A model generated the notes under the pieces. It saw only the letters and a list, made by a program, of their open reading frames with translations. It ran no database searches and was not told the DNA's origin. This document shows positions 1-9,851 of a stretch of 51,169 bases of DNA, in pieces (position 1 is the first letter of the stretch; each line of letters opens with the position of its first letter). Source of the stretch: a virus (taxonomy: Duplodnaviria; Heunggongvirae; Uroviricota; Caudoviricetes). The DNA lies in the IMG/VR virus record IMGVR_UViG_2541047830_000012, one strand, 5' to 3'. The translations under genes and the position numbers were made by a program.

Positions 1-195
1 ATGCAATTACCTGTAAAGTTATTAATGAGCCTTATATCTCTGGTCAGCGTTATTGCACGTGCCGGGAAATATAAAAATTACATCCGGGATGAAATAAAAT
101 ACTGGCGATATACATCATACAAGGGGGGGGAATTTCCGGAAGGTTTCACTGATGAGAAATTTTCCAGCGCCATTTACAACGGAAGAATATTTACA

Positions 196-678
196 ATGAA
201 ACGTTTACATACCCTGATGTTATTTCTGGCGGTTCTGTTTACTGGCTTTAACGTGGAAGCAGCGAGCGTGAAACAAGCGCTCAGCTGCGACCCAAACGCC
301 CGGGCTGAACAACCTGGAGCGTGTCCAACAACGTACGAGTTGTACGAAGGTGACGCTGCCTACAAAGCTGCGCTTGACAAAGCATTAAAACCGGTCGGAC
401 TGAGCGGCATGTTCGGTAAAGGCGGGTATATGGATGGCCCTGGCGGAAACGTAACGCCAGTAACCATTAACGGTACAGTCTGGCTCCAGGGCGACGGTTG
501 CAAAGCCAATACCTGCGGCTGGGACTTTATCGTAACACTCTATAACCCAAAAACCCATGAAGTCGTTGGCTACCGCTACTTTGGTTTAGATGACCCGGCC
601 TACCTGGTTTGGTTCGGCGAAATTGGCGTGCATGAATTCGCGTATCTGGTGAAAAACTACGTAGCTGCGGTTAACTAA
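196..678 (+). CDS. Exported protein with signal peptide (island cargo, function unknown)
   Basis: ORF runs to the window edge; likely start ATG 196 after GGAAGA; N-terminus MKRLHTLMLFLAVLFTGFNVEA is signal-peptide-like; four Cys in mature part; family not recognised. Confidence 0.5.
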   Translation: MKRLHTLMLFLAVLFTGFNVEAASVKQALSCDPNARAEQPGACPTTYELYEGDAAYKAALDKALKPVGLSGMFGKGGYMDGPGGNVTPVTINGTVWLQGDGCKANTCGWDFIVTLYNPKTHEVVGYRYFGLDDPAYLVWFGEIGVHEFAYLVKNYVAAVN

Positions 679-693
679 TTTAAGGAGTCTGTC

Positions 694-1104
694 ATGAAAA
701 CTTTTATCAAAACTTTACTCGTTGCTGTAACTATTCTGTTCTCTGTCTTCGCTGCGGCGAAACAAGTAAAACTGCCAAACAACATCAAATACGTTAATAC
801 TACAGAGGCGTTTTCCTGTACTGAGATTGACGGTATGAATTGCCAGACGAAGAATCCGTTCAACTATAAAGATAACAGCTATGTTTTCGTGCTTGAACGT
901 GGTGGTGCCTGGTGTTACGACTACACTGTCTCGGTACTTAACCTGAAAACCGGGAAAGAACAGATGCTCGAATACAAAGACAACCAGCTGTGCTCAGGTA
1001 GCAACAAACCGTTCTTCGAAATCAAAAATGGCGTACCGACGGTAGGAGTCATCGACACATCCGGAAAACCTGTCGTTGTGGCTCTGGACAAACTTAAAAC
1101 CTGA
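694..1104 (+). CDS. Exported protein with signal peptide (function unknown)
   Basis: AAGGAG RBS 7 nt upstream of ATG; N-terminus MKTFIKTLLVAVTILFSVFAAA is signal-like; 136 aa. Confidence 0.55.
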   Translation: MKTFIKTLLVAVTILFSVFAAAKQVKLPNNIKYVNTTEAFSCTEIDGMNCQTKNPFNYKDNSYVFVLERGGAWCYDYTVSVLNLKTGKEQMLEYKDNQLCSGSNKPFFEIKNGVPTVGVIDTSGKPVVVALDKLKT

Positions 1105-1246
1105 GGAGTAAACCATGCGTTTCTCTGCACATTATTAATATCAAAGGTAAATACAGCCCCAGCCATTGTTGCCGGAAAGCCGCTTAATGCGTGGCTCGCC
1201 AGTGAAAGGCTTCTCAGACAATAAACCTCATTCATTTCACCCGTCA

Positions 1247-1279
1247 GGCCGCGTCTTCTCCGGGAGACGTGGCTTTTTT
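1247..1279 (+). terminator. Putative rho-independent terminator
   Basis: GC-rich imperfect hairpin (GCGTCT...AGACG) followed by TTTTTTC. Confidence 0.4.
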
Positions 1280-1324
1280 CATTTATTACACCAGTAAATC
1301 TTAACCACCGATAAGGAGCAAATC

Positions 1325-2143
1325 ATGCGATTAACCAGTCGTTTTGGTTATGTAAACCAGATACGCCGTGACCGTCCGCTGACACACGAAGAACTGATGC
1401 ACCATGTACCGGGTATTTTCGGTGAAGACCGGCATACCTCCTGCAGTGAACGCTATACGTACATCCCCACCATCACCGTACTGGAAAGCCTGCAGCGGGA
1501 AGGCTTTCATCCATTCTTCGCCTGCCAGACCCGCGTACGTGACCCGGACCGCCGGGAATACACCAAACACATGCTGCGTCTGCGCCGTAACGGAGAGATA
1601 AACGGAGAACATGTCCCTGAAATTATTCTGCTCAACTCTCATGACGGTACCTCCAGCTACCAGATGCTGCCGGGTTACTTCAGGTTCGTCTGCCAGAACG
1701 GATGCGTCTGTGGTCAGTCTCTGGGGGAAGTGCGTGTTCCGCACCGGGGAAATGTGGTGGACAGAGTCATTGAAGGGGCTTACGAGGTGGTGGGCGTGTT
1801 TGACCGGATAGAGGAGAAGCGTGATGCCATGCAGTCGCTGATTCTGCCGCCACCGGCACGCCAGGCGCTGGCACAGGCGGCACTGACTTACCGTTATGGT
1901 GACGAACATCGGCCCGTCACCACCGCCGACATTCTGACGCCACGACGCCGGGAGGATTACGGTAAGGACCTGTGGAGTGCTTATCAGACCATCCAGGAGA
2001 ATATGCTGAAAGGCGGGATTTCCGGTCGCAGTGCAAAAGGAAAACGTATCCACACCCGTGCCATTCACAGCATCGACACCGATATTAAGCTCAACCGCGC
2101 ATTGTGGGTAATGGCAGAAACGCTGCTGGAGAGCCTGCGCTGA
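1325..2143 (+). CDS. DUF932 family protein (YfjQ/YafZ-like, CP4-type island)
   Basis: 272-aa ORF with AAGGAG RBS; sequence resembles the YafZ/YfjQ family as recalled; conserved position upstream of the antirestriction gene. Confidence 0.75.
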   Translation: MRLTSRFGYVNQIRRDRPLTHEELMHHVPGIFGEDRHTSCSERYTYIPTITVLESLQREGFHPFFACQTRVRDPDRREYTKHMLRLRRNGEINGEHVPEIILLNSHDGTSSYQMLPGYFRFVCQNGCVCGQSLGEVRVPHRGNVVDRVIEGAYEVVGVFDRIEEKRDAMQSLILPPPARQALAQAALTYRYGDEHRPVTTADILTPRRREDYGKDLWSAYQTIQENMLKGGISGRSAKGKRIHTRAIHSIDTDIKLNRALWVMAETLLESLR

Positions 2144-2388
2144 TGCAGCATGTCCCTGAAGGCGTGATTCAGGCACCAGAATCACCCGACGCCCCGGAGG
2201 CGCTGCCGGGGTGTCGTTCCATTTCTGATGATGACCTGTGCGCCTGGTGTACCCGTCTGCTTTACCGTCCCGGAGAAATCAGTCTGTGCAGACTGAGTAC
2301 AGGCAATGGCATCTGGCCATCCGTCTGTGACCGGAACGGTTACGCGTACGGCTGTCCGGAATTTCAGCCGAATATCATTCATCCCTGA
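2143..2388 (+). CDS. Small island protein (YkfF/DUF905-like by position)
   Basis: ATG overlaps upstream stop (TGATG), suggesting translational coupling; 81 aa; sits before the antirestriction gene as ykfF does in CP4-6. Confidence 0.5.
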   Translation: MQHVPEGVIQAPESPDAPEALPGCRSISDDDLCAWCTRLLYRPGEISLCRLSTGNGIWPSVCDRNGYAYGCPEFQPNIIHP

Positions 2389-2481
2389 TATTACCGGGTC
2401 TCACGGTCAGTGATGAACGTGATGTTGCCAGCTCCCGACCTTTACTCCCTCTCATTTATTCACATTACAAGGATTTCATAC

Positions 2482-2955
2482 ATGAAAACATTGTCTCAGA
2501 ACACCACCTCTTCGGCCTGTGCACCGGAGACTGGCCTGCAACAACTGGTTGCCACCATAGTCCCTGATGAACAGCGCATCAGCTTCTGGCCGCAGCATTT
2601 TGGCCTCATTCCACAGTGGGTGACCCTGGAGCCCCGTGTCTTCGGCTGGATGGACCGTCTGTGCGAAAACTACTGCGGTGGTATCTGGAATCTGTACACC
2701 CTGAACAACGGCGGGGCATTTATGGCCCCTGAACCGGATGACTATGATGACGAAACATGGGTACTGTTCAATGCCATGAACGGTAACCGCGCTGAAATGA
2801 GCCCGGAAGCCGCCGGCATTGCCGCCTGTCTGATGACGTACAGTCATCACGCCTGCCGTACGGAGTGTTATGCCATGACGGTTCATTATTACCGTCTGCG
2901 GGATTACGCCCTGCAGCATCCGGAATGCAGCGCCATTATGCGCATTATTGACTGA
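2482..2955 (+). CDS. Antirestriction protein, KlcA/ArdB family (YfjX/YafX-like)
   Basis: 157-aa ORF; sequence and position typical of CP4-island antirestriction proteins; start chosen at internal ATG 2482. Confidence 0.8.
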   Translation: MKTLSQNTTSSACAPETGLQQLVATIVPDEQRISFWPQHFGLIPQWVTLEPRVFGWMDRLCENYCGGIWNLYTLNNGGAFMAPEPDDYDDETWVLFNAMNGNRAEMSPEAAGIAACLMTYSHHACRTECYAMTVHYYRLRDYALQHPECSAIMRIID

Positions 2956-2970
2956 AAGGGGGCCGGAACA

Positions 2971-3447
2971 ATGCAACAGATTTCCTTTCTGCCCGGAGAA
3001 ATGACAACCAGAGAGCGCAGCCTCATTCAGCGGGCCCTGAAAACCCTGGACCGCCATCTTCATGAACCCGGCGTGGCCTTCACCTCCACCCGTGCGGCAC
3101 GGGAATGGCTGATTCTGAACATGGCGGGACTGGAGCGTGAAGAATTCCGGGTGCTGTATCTGAATAACCAGAATCAGCTGATTGCCGGTGAAACCCTCTT
3201 CACCGGCACCATCAACCGCACGGAAGTCCATCCCCGGGAAGTGATTAAACGCGCCCTGTATCACAATGCCGCAGCCGTGGTGCTGGCGCACAATCACCCG
3301 TCCGGTGAAGTCACACCCAGTAAGGCAGACCGGCTTATCACCGAACGTCTGGTACAGGCACTGGGCCTGGTGGATATCCGGGTGCCGGACCATCTGATAG
3401 TCGGTGGCAGCCAGGTTTTCTCCTTTGCCGAACATGGTCTGCTTTAA
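2971..3447 (+). CDS. RadC-like JAB-domain protein (YeeS/YkfG/YfjY family)
   Basis: HNHPSGxxxPSxxD JAMM-like motif (AHNHPSGEVTPSKAD) visible in translation; GGGG RBS. Confidence 0.85.
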   Translation: MQQISFLPGEMTTRERSLIQRALKTLDRHLHEPGVAFTSTRAAREWLILNMAGLEREEFRVLYLNNQNQLIAGETLFTGTINRTEVHPREVIKRALYHNAAAVVLAHNHPSGEVTPSKADRLITERLVQALGLVDIRVPDHLIVGGSQVFSFAEHGLL

Positions 3448-3509
3448 CCCGTCACAACCACATCACACCTGTTTTCACTTTTATCTTCTGTCTTCAGAGG
3501 TATCCCACT

Positions 3510-3731
3510 ATGAAAATCATCACCCGTGGCGAAGCCATGCGTATTCACCGTCAGCATCCTGCATCCCGTCTTTTTCCGTTCTGTACCGGCAAATACCGCT
3601 GGCACGGCAGTGCTGAAGCGTATACCGGTCGTGAAGTGCAGGATATTCCCGGTGTGCTGGCCGTGTTTGCTGAACGCCGTAAGGACAGTTTTGGCCCGTA
3701 TGTCCGGCTGATGAGCGTCACTCTGAACTGA
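3510..3731 (+). CDS. DUF987 family small protein (YeeT/YkfH-like)
   Basis: 73-aa ORF in the conserved position between the radC-like gene and the toxin-antitoxin module. Confidence 0.7.
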   Translation: MKIITRGEAMRIHRQHPASRLFPFCTGKYRWHGSAEAYTGREVQDIPGVLAVFAERRKDSFGPYVRLMSVTLN

Positions 3732-3749
3732 GTCAGTAAGGGCATTCTG

Positions 3750-4394
3750 ATGAGCAGAATTATCACCACCACCGTGTATACACTGCATGAGCTATCCTCC
3801 ACCGCACAGGAAAAAGCCCGCGACTGGTACCGTCAGCATCATGCTGACAGCAACTGGTATGAAAACGTGTATGAGGACTTCAGGGCGGTCTGTGGCATTT
3901 TCGGAATTGACCTCCGCCAGCGCGTTTTCCGGCTCAGCAACGGCAGGTTTATGGAAGAGGCGTGCATCTGGTTCAGCGGATTCTGCAGCCAGGGGGACGG
4001 AGCCTGTTTTGAAGGACGCTGGCACTGGCAGCCAGCAACAGCCAGAAGGCTCCGGGAGTATGCCACACAGGACCATGAACTCCATCGTATCGCGGATGCC
4101 CTGCAGGCGGTGCAGAAACGTAACTTCTGGCAACTGCAGGCTGAAATCCACCACCGGGGACGTTACTGCCATCCGTACAGCATGGATATCACTGTTACCC
4201 GGAACAGTCCGACTGGTCAGGCTATGACAGCCGATGCGGAAGCCGCTGTCAGCGAAGCCCTGCGCGACCTGGCCTTCTGGTTGTACCGTCAGCTGGAAAA
4301 CGAGTACGACAGGCTGACCTCTGATGCCGCTGTGGATGAGGCCCTTCTCATCAACGAATACACCTTCACCGAAGCCGGTCTGCGCGCCGGCTGA
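3750..4394 (+). CDS. Hypothetical protein (214 aa) between DUF987 gene and antitoxin
   Basis: Tightly packed ORF with no recognisable motif; as far as I recall this position is empty in the K-12 CP4-44 layout. Confidence 0.55.
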   Translation: MSRIITTTVYTLHELSSTAQEKARDWYRQHHADSNWYENVYEDFRAVCGIFGIDLRQRVFRLSNGRFMEEACIWFSGFCSQGDGACFEGRWHWQPATARRLREYATQDHELHRIADALQAVQKRNFWQLQAEIHHRGRYCHPYSMDITVTRNSPTGQAMTADAEAAVSEALRDLAFWLYRQLENEYDRLTSDAAVDEALLINEYTFTEAGLRAG

Positions 4395-4409
4395 CCTGAG
4401 GACTTTATC

Positions 4410-4778
4410 GTGTCAGACAAACTCCATGAGACAAATTATCCCGACGACCATAACGACCGCCTCTGGTGGGGACTGCCCTGCACCGTGACGCCCTGTTTCG
4501 GGGCACGTCTGGTGCAGGAGGGTAACCGGTTGCATTACCTTGCCGACCGCGCCGGTATCAGAGGCCTGTTCAGCGATGCAGATGCGTACCACCTGGACCA
4601 GGCCTTTCCGCTGCTGATGAAACAACTGGAACTCATGCTCACCAGCGGTGAACTGAATCCCCGCCATCAGCATACCGTCACGCTGTATGCAAAAGGGCTG
4701 ACCTGCAAAGCCGATACCCTCAGCAGTTGTGGTTACGTTTATCTGGCTGTTTATCCGACGCCCGAAATGAAAAATTAA
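4410..4778 (+). CDS. cbeA: Type IV antitoxin CbeA (YeeU family)
   Basis: Translation (…DDHNDRLWWGLPCTVTPCFGARLVQEGNRLHYLADRAGIRGLFSDADAYHLDQAFPLLMKQLELMLTSGELNPRHQHTVTLYAKGLTCKADTLSSCGYVYLAVYPTPE) matches YeeU/CbeA as recalled; GTG start. Confidence 0.8.
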   Translation: MSDKLHETNYPDDHNDRLWWGLPCTVTPCFGARLVQEGNRLHYLADRAGIRGLFSDADAYHLDQAFPLLMKQLELMLTSGELNPRHQHTVTLYAKGLTCKADTLSSCGYVYLAVYPTPEMKN

Positions 4779-4866
4779 CTCTCCAGAATAGCCTTCTGCT
4801 ACGGCCTGGTGTTTTCACCACGCCACTTTTCCATTTTTATATCTGCATATCAGGAAAATCTTCAGT

Positions 4867-5241
4867 ATGAAAACATTACCTGTATTACCCGGGCAGGCGG
4901 CCAGTTCTCGCCCGTCTCCTGTTGAAATCTGGCAGATACTGCTGTCCCGACTGCTGGACCAGCACTATGGCCTCACACTGAATGACACACCGTTTGCCGA
5001 TGAACGTGTGATTGAGCAGCATATTGAGGCAGGCATTTCACTGTGTGATGCGGTGAACTTTCTCGTGGAAAAATACGCGCTGGTGCGTACCGACCAGCCG
5101 GGATTCAGCGCCTGTACCCGCTCTCAGTTAATAAACAGCATCGATATCCTCCGGGCTCGCAGGGCGACCGGCCTGATGACCAGCGACAATTACAGAACGG
5201 TAAATAACATTACCCTGGGTAAGTATCCGGAGGCGAAATGA
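4867..5241 (+). CDS. cbtA: Type IV toxin CbtA (YeeV family, cytoskeleton-binding toxin)
   Basis: 124-aa ORF directly downstream of cbeA; sequence typical of YeeV/YkfI/YpjF toxins. Confidence 0.8.
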   Translation: MKTLPVLPGQAASSRPSPVEIWQILLSRLLDQHYGLTLNDTPFADERVIEQHIEAGISLCDAVNFLVEKYALVRTDQPGFSACTRSQLINSIDILRARRATGLMTSDNYRTVNNITLGKYPEAK

Positions 5242-5432
5242 TGACACTGGAAGCCGACAGCGTTAACGTACAGGCGCTGGATATGGGGCACATTGTCGTT
5301 GACATTGATGGTGTTAATATCACTGAACTGATTAATAAGGCCGCTGAAAACGGTTATTCACTCCGCGTGGTGGATGACCGTGACTCTACCGAAACACCGG
5401 CAACTTATGCCAGCCCTCACCAGTTGCTGTAA
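5238..5432 (+). CDS. yeeW: YeeW-like small protein
   Basis: 64-aa ORF overlapping the cbtA stop (ATGA); position as yeeW in CP4-44. Confidence 0.55.
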   Translation: MMTLEADSVNVQALDMGHIVVDIDGVNITELINKAAENGYSLRVVDDRDSTETPATYASPHQLL

Positions 5433-5588
5433 GACAATGCAGTGATACAGGGTATAGTGCCATTAACCACAGAAACAGCACTGTTGTCCTGTATTAAGCA
5501 GGCAAGAGAAGATGTCCTTACCCTGCGCCATCTGCAGCTTCTGCACCAGAACCGGTGAATCTCACTCAACAGGCTTCATTTCCCCTGA

Positions 5589-5620
5589 CGCCAGCCTGAA
5601 TACAGCTGGCGTTTTCATTT
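5589..5620 (+). terminator. Rho-independent terminator after the toxin-antitoxin operon
   Basis: Hairpin CGCCAGC-ctgaataca-GCTGGCG followed by TTTTCATTT. Confidence 0.6.
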
Positions 5621-5872
5621 ATAAACAGAAAGGAAAACCGATAATAATGGAATGGACGCCCCGACCATGAAGCAACGGTAGGATATTACTGATAAACCTT
5701 CCAGTGGAGGTGCGTTATGGCCGTTTTAACGATTAGCATTGACCTGACAAAAAATGAATTCCAAATCCACGGTCTGGGTAGGAACAGAAAAATCTAAGCT
5801 CAGAAAACGGATTAAAGTAAGCGTCAACGGAGCACCGTATTGACGCTTATTTATTGGTGAGAACTACGTTCC

Positions 5873-6229
5873 ATGGCAGGAGTTCGTCAACACGGTTGGA
5901 GGGCCATTCCGGCAGTATGCTCAGAATATGGCGCAGATACGCTTCCGGATCGATACCGTTCAGACGGCAGGTGCCTGCTTTTCCGGCAACAAGCAGGAAT
6001 CTCAGCGCTGAAGCAGGAATTAGAGGTAAAAACGCCCTACCGGGCCATGAATCACCCGGTCATTGGAGTAGTAACCAAAGCAGATTTAGCCAGCATGGAA
6101 CAAATATCTTTGGTGACAAGTTGGTTACGGGAAGCTGGAGCGCACAACGTGTTAGTAACCAGTGCAGTTAATAACAATGGAGTTACAGAACTTTTTGCCT
6201 TGCTGCATACAGAAGAAGGCTGTTGTTAA
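5873..6229 (+). pseudogene. EutP/PduV-like GTPase fragment (yoeF-like pseudogene)
   Basis: Two overlapping ORFs in different frames (5854-6171, 5873-6229) suggest a frameshifted gene; C-terminal residues resemble EutP/PduV; position matches yoeF upstream of yeeX. Confidence 0.45.
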
Positions 6230-6329
6230 TTTCGATTGGTTCTCAGATGAGAATGATGACGGTGATACACAGATAAGAATCAATGAGCAATGAGGGTTGC
6301 CGGGCAACCCTCATTGAATAAAACGGGAA

Positions 6330-6659
6330 TTACTTCGCTTCGCCGTTTTTCATTTCGCCCATAGCTTTCAGCTTTTTGGAGATATCGCGGCGTTCTTTGG
6401 AGAGCTCGGCATTTTTGATGATGTAATCGTCAACGCGATCTTCATAGTCACCTTTCATGCTGGCGATGATGCCCTGGATTGCTTCAACGCTCATCCCTGG
6501 CTTGATGTAATCGCTCAGGTTGTCCAGCAACAGGACGCGCTTCTGGTTGTCACGGATCTTTTTCTCAACGTCCTGAATTTCACGTTGCAGTTTGTTCTTA
6601 CGACGGAACAGACGAACAAATTCCAGTACGTCCTGGAATGAAGGCTTGGTAGTTTCCAT
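6330..6659 (-). CDS. yeeX: YeeX (UPF0265/DUF496 protein)
   Basis: Translation from [18 protein letters not shown]… matches E. coli YeeX as recalled; start set at the internal Met. Confidence 0.85.
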   Translation of the reverse strand: METTKPSFQDVLEFVRLFRRKNKLQREIQDVEKKIRDNQKRVLLLDNLSDYIKPGMSVEAIQGIIASMKGDYEDRVDDYIIKNAELSKERRDISKKLKAMGEMKNGEAK

Positions 6660-6830
6660 TTTTATACCCCTGATAATGTGAGAGTCGGATTCGTTTAAGC
6701 AACCGCTATTCGTTAGGGCCAACATTACTCATAGCTGCCGCAGATGACAATGCTTTTATCCCTTTTCACTATCATACCCTTTATCCTTGCTGAATCGAAG
6801 CAGCAGCAAGATGATTCTGAAGTTCAGGAA

Positions 6831-7889
6831 TTATTTGCGCAAGGCCCGGCAAATCAGATTCGATAGCAACTCAAGCTGATGTGCCGTTTCCATGTTCAGC
6901 CACACATAACCATAGATTGGTGTTTCCAAGACTTTCAGGTCATGGTGGTTATCGAGCAACTGACGCAGCTCTTCCACAGCATCGTTCAATTTTTCCGTAT
7001 TGGCAAAAACCGGCTGCGGATTACCTTCGTACAGCGCATGAACAAGGCTCAGCAGTATTTGCTGCATCATGTGCTGGGTATCACGAAGTTTTTGCGCGTT
7101 CAATAACACGAAATGGCTGGGGCGCGTGGCCCAGTATGCATTGATTTGCAACTCCAGCATACAAACCAGATTGCGATTAATGGTCTGGATACCTTCATAT
7201 ATCGATTTGGGAATACGGGTTTCTTTGCTGGCGGGCGCAATCAGCCCACGCATTTTCACGGCATCGGTCAGGAGTTTTTGTAGATGGCTTTCCAGACGTG
7301 GGCGTTCGAGTAAGTTCGGTGAGAATGCAGATTGATAGACCCGATTATACTCGGTCAGACTTTTCGCCAGTTGAATGCGCCAGTGGATGAACGCCCGTTG
7401 TGGCCAGATACCGGTAAACAACATTGCCAGTAAAGAGCCGAGGATCACATCGCCGCTTCGCCATAACGCCGTATCAATTTCACCTGTCGGGGAACCCACA
7501 ACAATTGCCAGCGTCACCCCAATCAATAATCCTTGATACGGTTTCTTGCCCAGCGCCAGCCAACCGCAAAGAAACATCGCCGCCGCGCACCAGACTAACA
7601 TCAGCGGTAACGAAATTAACTCCAGTTGCAGAGCGATAAGACCTAAAATCGAACCCAACACCGTACCGCCAATACGTTCGAAGGCACGAGGGACAACGTT
7701 CCCCCAGAACGAGATTGGCCCCATAATCACCACCATGGTGACCAGCGGCCAGGTGCTTTCCGGGATAGTAAACAGGCGGATAATGAGAAAAGTGAGCAGG
7801 AATGCCAGCGCGACCCGAGTACCATGCACAATGCGGTAATGGCGGTATACCCGGATTTCAAACGGGCTTAATGACTTATCGGCACGCAC
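6831..7889 (-). CDS. yeeA: YeeA, putative FUSC-family inner-membrane transporter
   Basis: Hydrophobic 350-aa ORF matching YeeA as recalled; start uncertain (GTG 7889 or upstream ATG 7931). Confidence 0.8.
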   Translation of the reverse strand: MRADKSLSPFEIRVYRHYRIVHGTRVALAFLLTFLIIRLFTIPESTWPLVTMVVIMGPISFWGNVVPRAFERIGGTVLGSILGLIALQLELISLPLMLVWCAAAMFLCGWLALGKKPYQGLLIGVTLAIVVGSPTGEIDTALWRSGDVILGSLLAMLFTGIWPQRAFIHWRIQLAKSLTEYNRVYQSAFSPNLLERPRLESHLQKLLTDAVKMRGLIAPASKETRIPKSIYEGIQTINRNLVCMLELQINAYWATRPSHFVLLNAQKLRDTQHMMQQILLSLVHALYEGNPQPVFANTEKLNDAVEELRQLLDNHHDLKVLETPIYGYVWLNMETAHQLELLSNLICRALRK

Positions 7890-8086
7890 GCAGAAACTCC
7901 GTAATGAAGATGAAAAGCGCTCATAACACATCTGTCGGCCAGAAGGCGCGCCTCTGAGTTATCCGACGGACATACCGGGAACAGTGTAATTTCCCGGCAG
8001 GAGCGAAAAATTTGAAAGGCGCATCTTACTCTTTTCGCTTTCAAAAAAAGAGTGGTCTTCGCGTTAACACACCGCCCTGAGATGAA

Positions 8087-8560
8087 TTAGTGATGTTTTG
8101 GCTGCACCGCAACATACATTTCGATATCCCAGTACCCATCTTCCGCGCCATTGTTCAAGTAAACCTCGAAGCAGGGCTTTGGTAACATTTCATAAGCACT
8201 GTCCTGCAAGAGGCTATTAAAGAACTGATACCAGGGTTTAGCAAAATCATCACCGACTACACGAGCCACCGCCACCGCATACTGACCACCTGAAATTTCT
8301 GTCAGAATGACGCCCTCACTGTTTTCGGGGAGCGTAAAGTTATTCGGTACCGTCACGACGGTGTCGCAGCGTAATTTTTCGGCGGGTGTTTCATCTGGAT
8401 TGTCGTAATAGACAGCAACCCACTCCTTCGGCACAATATTTTTGCTATCTATCCACATCATCAACTGCTCAAAACCTTTCTTTACCATCTGCTCCCACGG
8501 GCCAACAAGATGGAAACCTGCAACGGTACGTTTATCTTCCTGCTTAATCTCGTAGTTCAT
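8087..8560 (-). CDS. sbmC: DNA gyrase inhibitor SbmC (GyrI)
   Basis: 157-aa [27 protein letters not shown]… matches SbmC as recalled; LexA box immediately upstream. Confidence 0.9.
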   Translation of the reverse strand: MNYEIKQEDKRTVAGFHLVGPWEQMVKKGFEQLMMWIDSKNIVPKEWVAVYYDNPDETPAEKLRCDTVVTVPNNFTLPENSEGVILTEISGGQYAVAVARVVGDDFAKPWYQFFNSLLQDSAYEMLPKPCFEVYLNNGAEDGYWDIEMYVAVQPKHH

Positions 8561-8576
8561 GACGCCTCCACTAACA

Positions 8577-8592
8577 CTGTTTTTATATACAG
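8577..8592. promoter_or_regulatory. LexA box (SOS operator) in the sbmC promoter
   Basis: CTGTTTTTATATACAG fits CTGT-N8-ACAG, 17 bp upstream of the sbmC start; sbmC is a known SOS gene. Confidence 0.7.
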
Positions 8593-8678
8593 TATAGTTG
8601 CAATATTAAAACCACAAGGAATGAGTGTTGATTATGCGAGCAGACTCGCACTCCTGCCAGTCTGCTGCAAAAGAAAGG

Positions 8679-9851
8679 TCAGGCCTTATGGTGGAAATAA
8701 TCACTCAGGCGGGAAAACATGCTGCCTTCCCCGACAGATTCCAGGGTAACCAGCGGCCAGTGCGCCACCTGTTTATCACGGTCGTAAAGTTCAATTTCCC
8801 CTACCCGCTGATGGGCGCTAATTGGCGCGGTGAGTTCTTTACCATCAAGGGTATATTTGGCTTTGATATGTGGAATTTCGGCTTTCGGTAGCACCATCCA
8901 GAACTCTTGTTCCGTTCCCAGGGCGATATTTTCTTTATCACCATACCAGATGCGTTCCGTACCGACCTTTTTCCCACGGTGCAAAATTTGCACCGTAGTA
9001 AAGTTTTGTTGCCCCCAACGCAGTAATTTTCTTGCCTCTTCCTCACGACCTTTTGCGCTGTCAGCCCCCATTACCACTGCAATGAGGCGACGCTGCCCGT
9101 CTACAGCCGAAGCAATAAGATTAAACCCGGCACCAGAAGTATGGCCCGTTTTCAGGCCGTCAACATTCATGGTTTTATCCCACAATAACCCGTTACGGTT
9201 TTGCTGGGTGATACCGTTCCAGGTGAGGCTTTTCTCACTGTACATATGATAAAACTCGGGCTCGCCGTGGATGATAGCGCGAGAAAGCACGGCTAAATCA
9301 TAAGCCGAGCTATGCTGGCCAGGTGCATCCAGACCATGCACTGTTTCAAAATGCGTATCCTTGAGATGCAGCTTCTCGGCATAGTTGTTCATCATTTCAA
9401 CAAACTGCCGTTGCCCACCGGCAATATAGTCAGCCAGAGCAACACAAGCGTCATTTCCGGAATCCACAATTAAACCACGGCTTAAATCACGTACCGATAC
9501 GCGATCGCCCTCTTTCAAAAACATCAGTGAAGAACCGACAAACACCGGATTATCTTTCGCCCACGCATCACGCCCCACGGTGACAATATCGTCTGGCGTA
9601 ATGCGATGACTATCGATAGCGCGATCCACGACATAGCCCGTCATCAGCTTTGTCAGGCTGGCGGGATTGCGCTGTTGATGCTCATTACCCGCGGTGAGAA
9701 TCTGACCGGTGGTGTAATCCATCAATACCCAGGACCCGGCATGAATCTCTGGAGGCTGAGGTGAAAAAGGAATGTTTTCCGCCGCAAAACCAGACGATAA
9801 ATTAAAAACGAACAAAGAAGCAGCAATAATAAGACGGCGTTTCAACAGCAA
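8679..9851 (-). CDS. dacD: D-alanyl-D-alanine carboxypeptidase DacD (PBP6b)
   Basis: 390-aa ORF with signal peptide and SxxK motif (ASLTK); synteny yeeX-yeeA-sbmC-dacD. Confidence 0.9.
   Translation of the reverse strand: MLLKRRLIIAASLFVFNLSSGFAAENIPFSPQPPEIHAGSWVLMDYTTGQILTAGNEHQQRNPASLTKLMTGYVVDRAIDSHRITPDDIVTVGRDAWAKDNPVFVGSSLMFLKEGDRVSVRDLSRGLIVDSGNDACVALADYIAGGQRQFVEMMNNYAEKLHLKDTHFETVHGLDAPGQHSSAYDLAVLSRAIIHGEPEFYHMYSEKSLTWNGITQQNRNGLLWDKTMNVDGLKTGHTSGAGFNLIASAVDGQRRLIAVVMGADSAKGREEEARKLLRWGQQNFTTVQILHRGKKVGTERIWYGDKENIALGTEQEFWMVLPKAEIPHIKAKYTLDGKELTAPISAHQRVGEIELYDRDKQVAHWPLVTLESVGEGSMFSRLSDYFHHKA

Noticed and set aside
1-195. N-terminal extension of the first ORF to the window start
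   Set aside because: Open frame at the window edge without a start context; the signal peptide begins at Met 196, so the extension is probably untranslated.
1331-3435. Large minus-strand ORFs (284 aa, 319 aa) across the island genes
   Set aside because: Antisense to well-supported plus-strand genes (DUF932, antirestriction, radC-like); no RBS or family resemblance.
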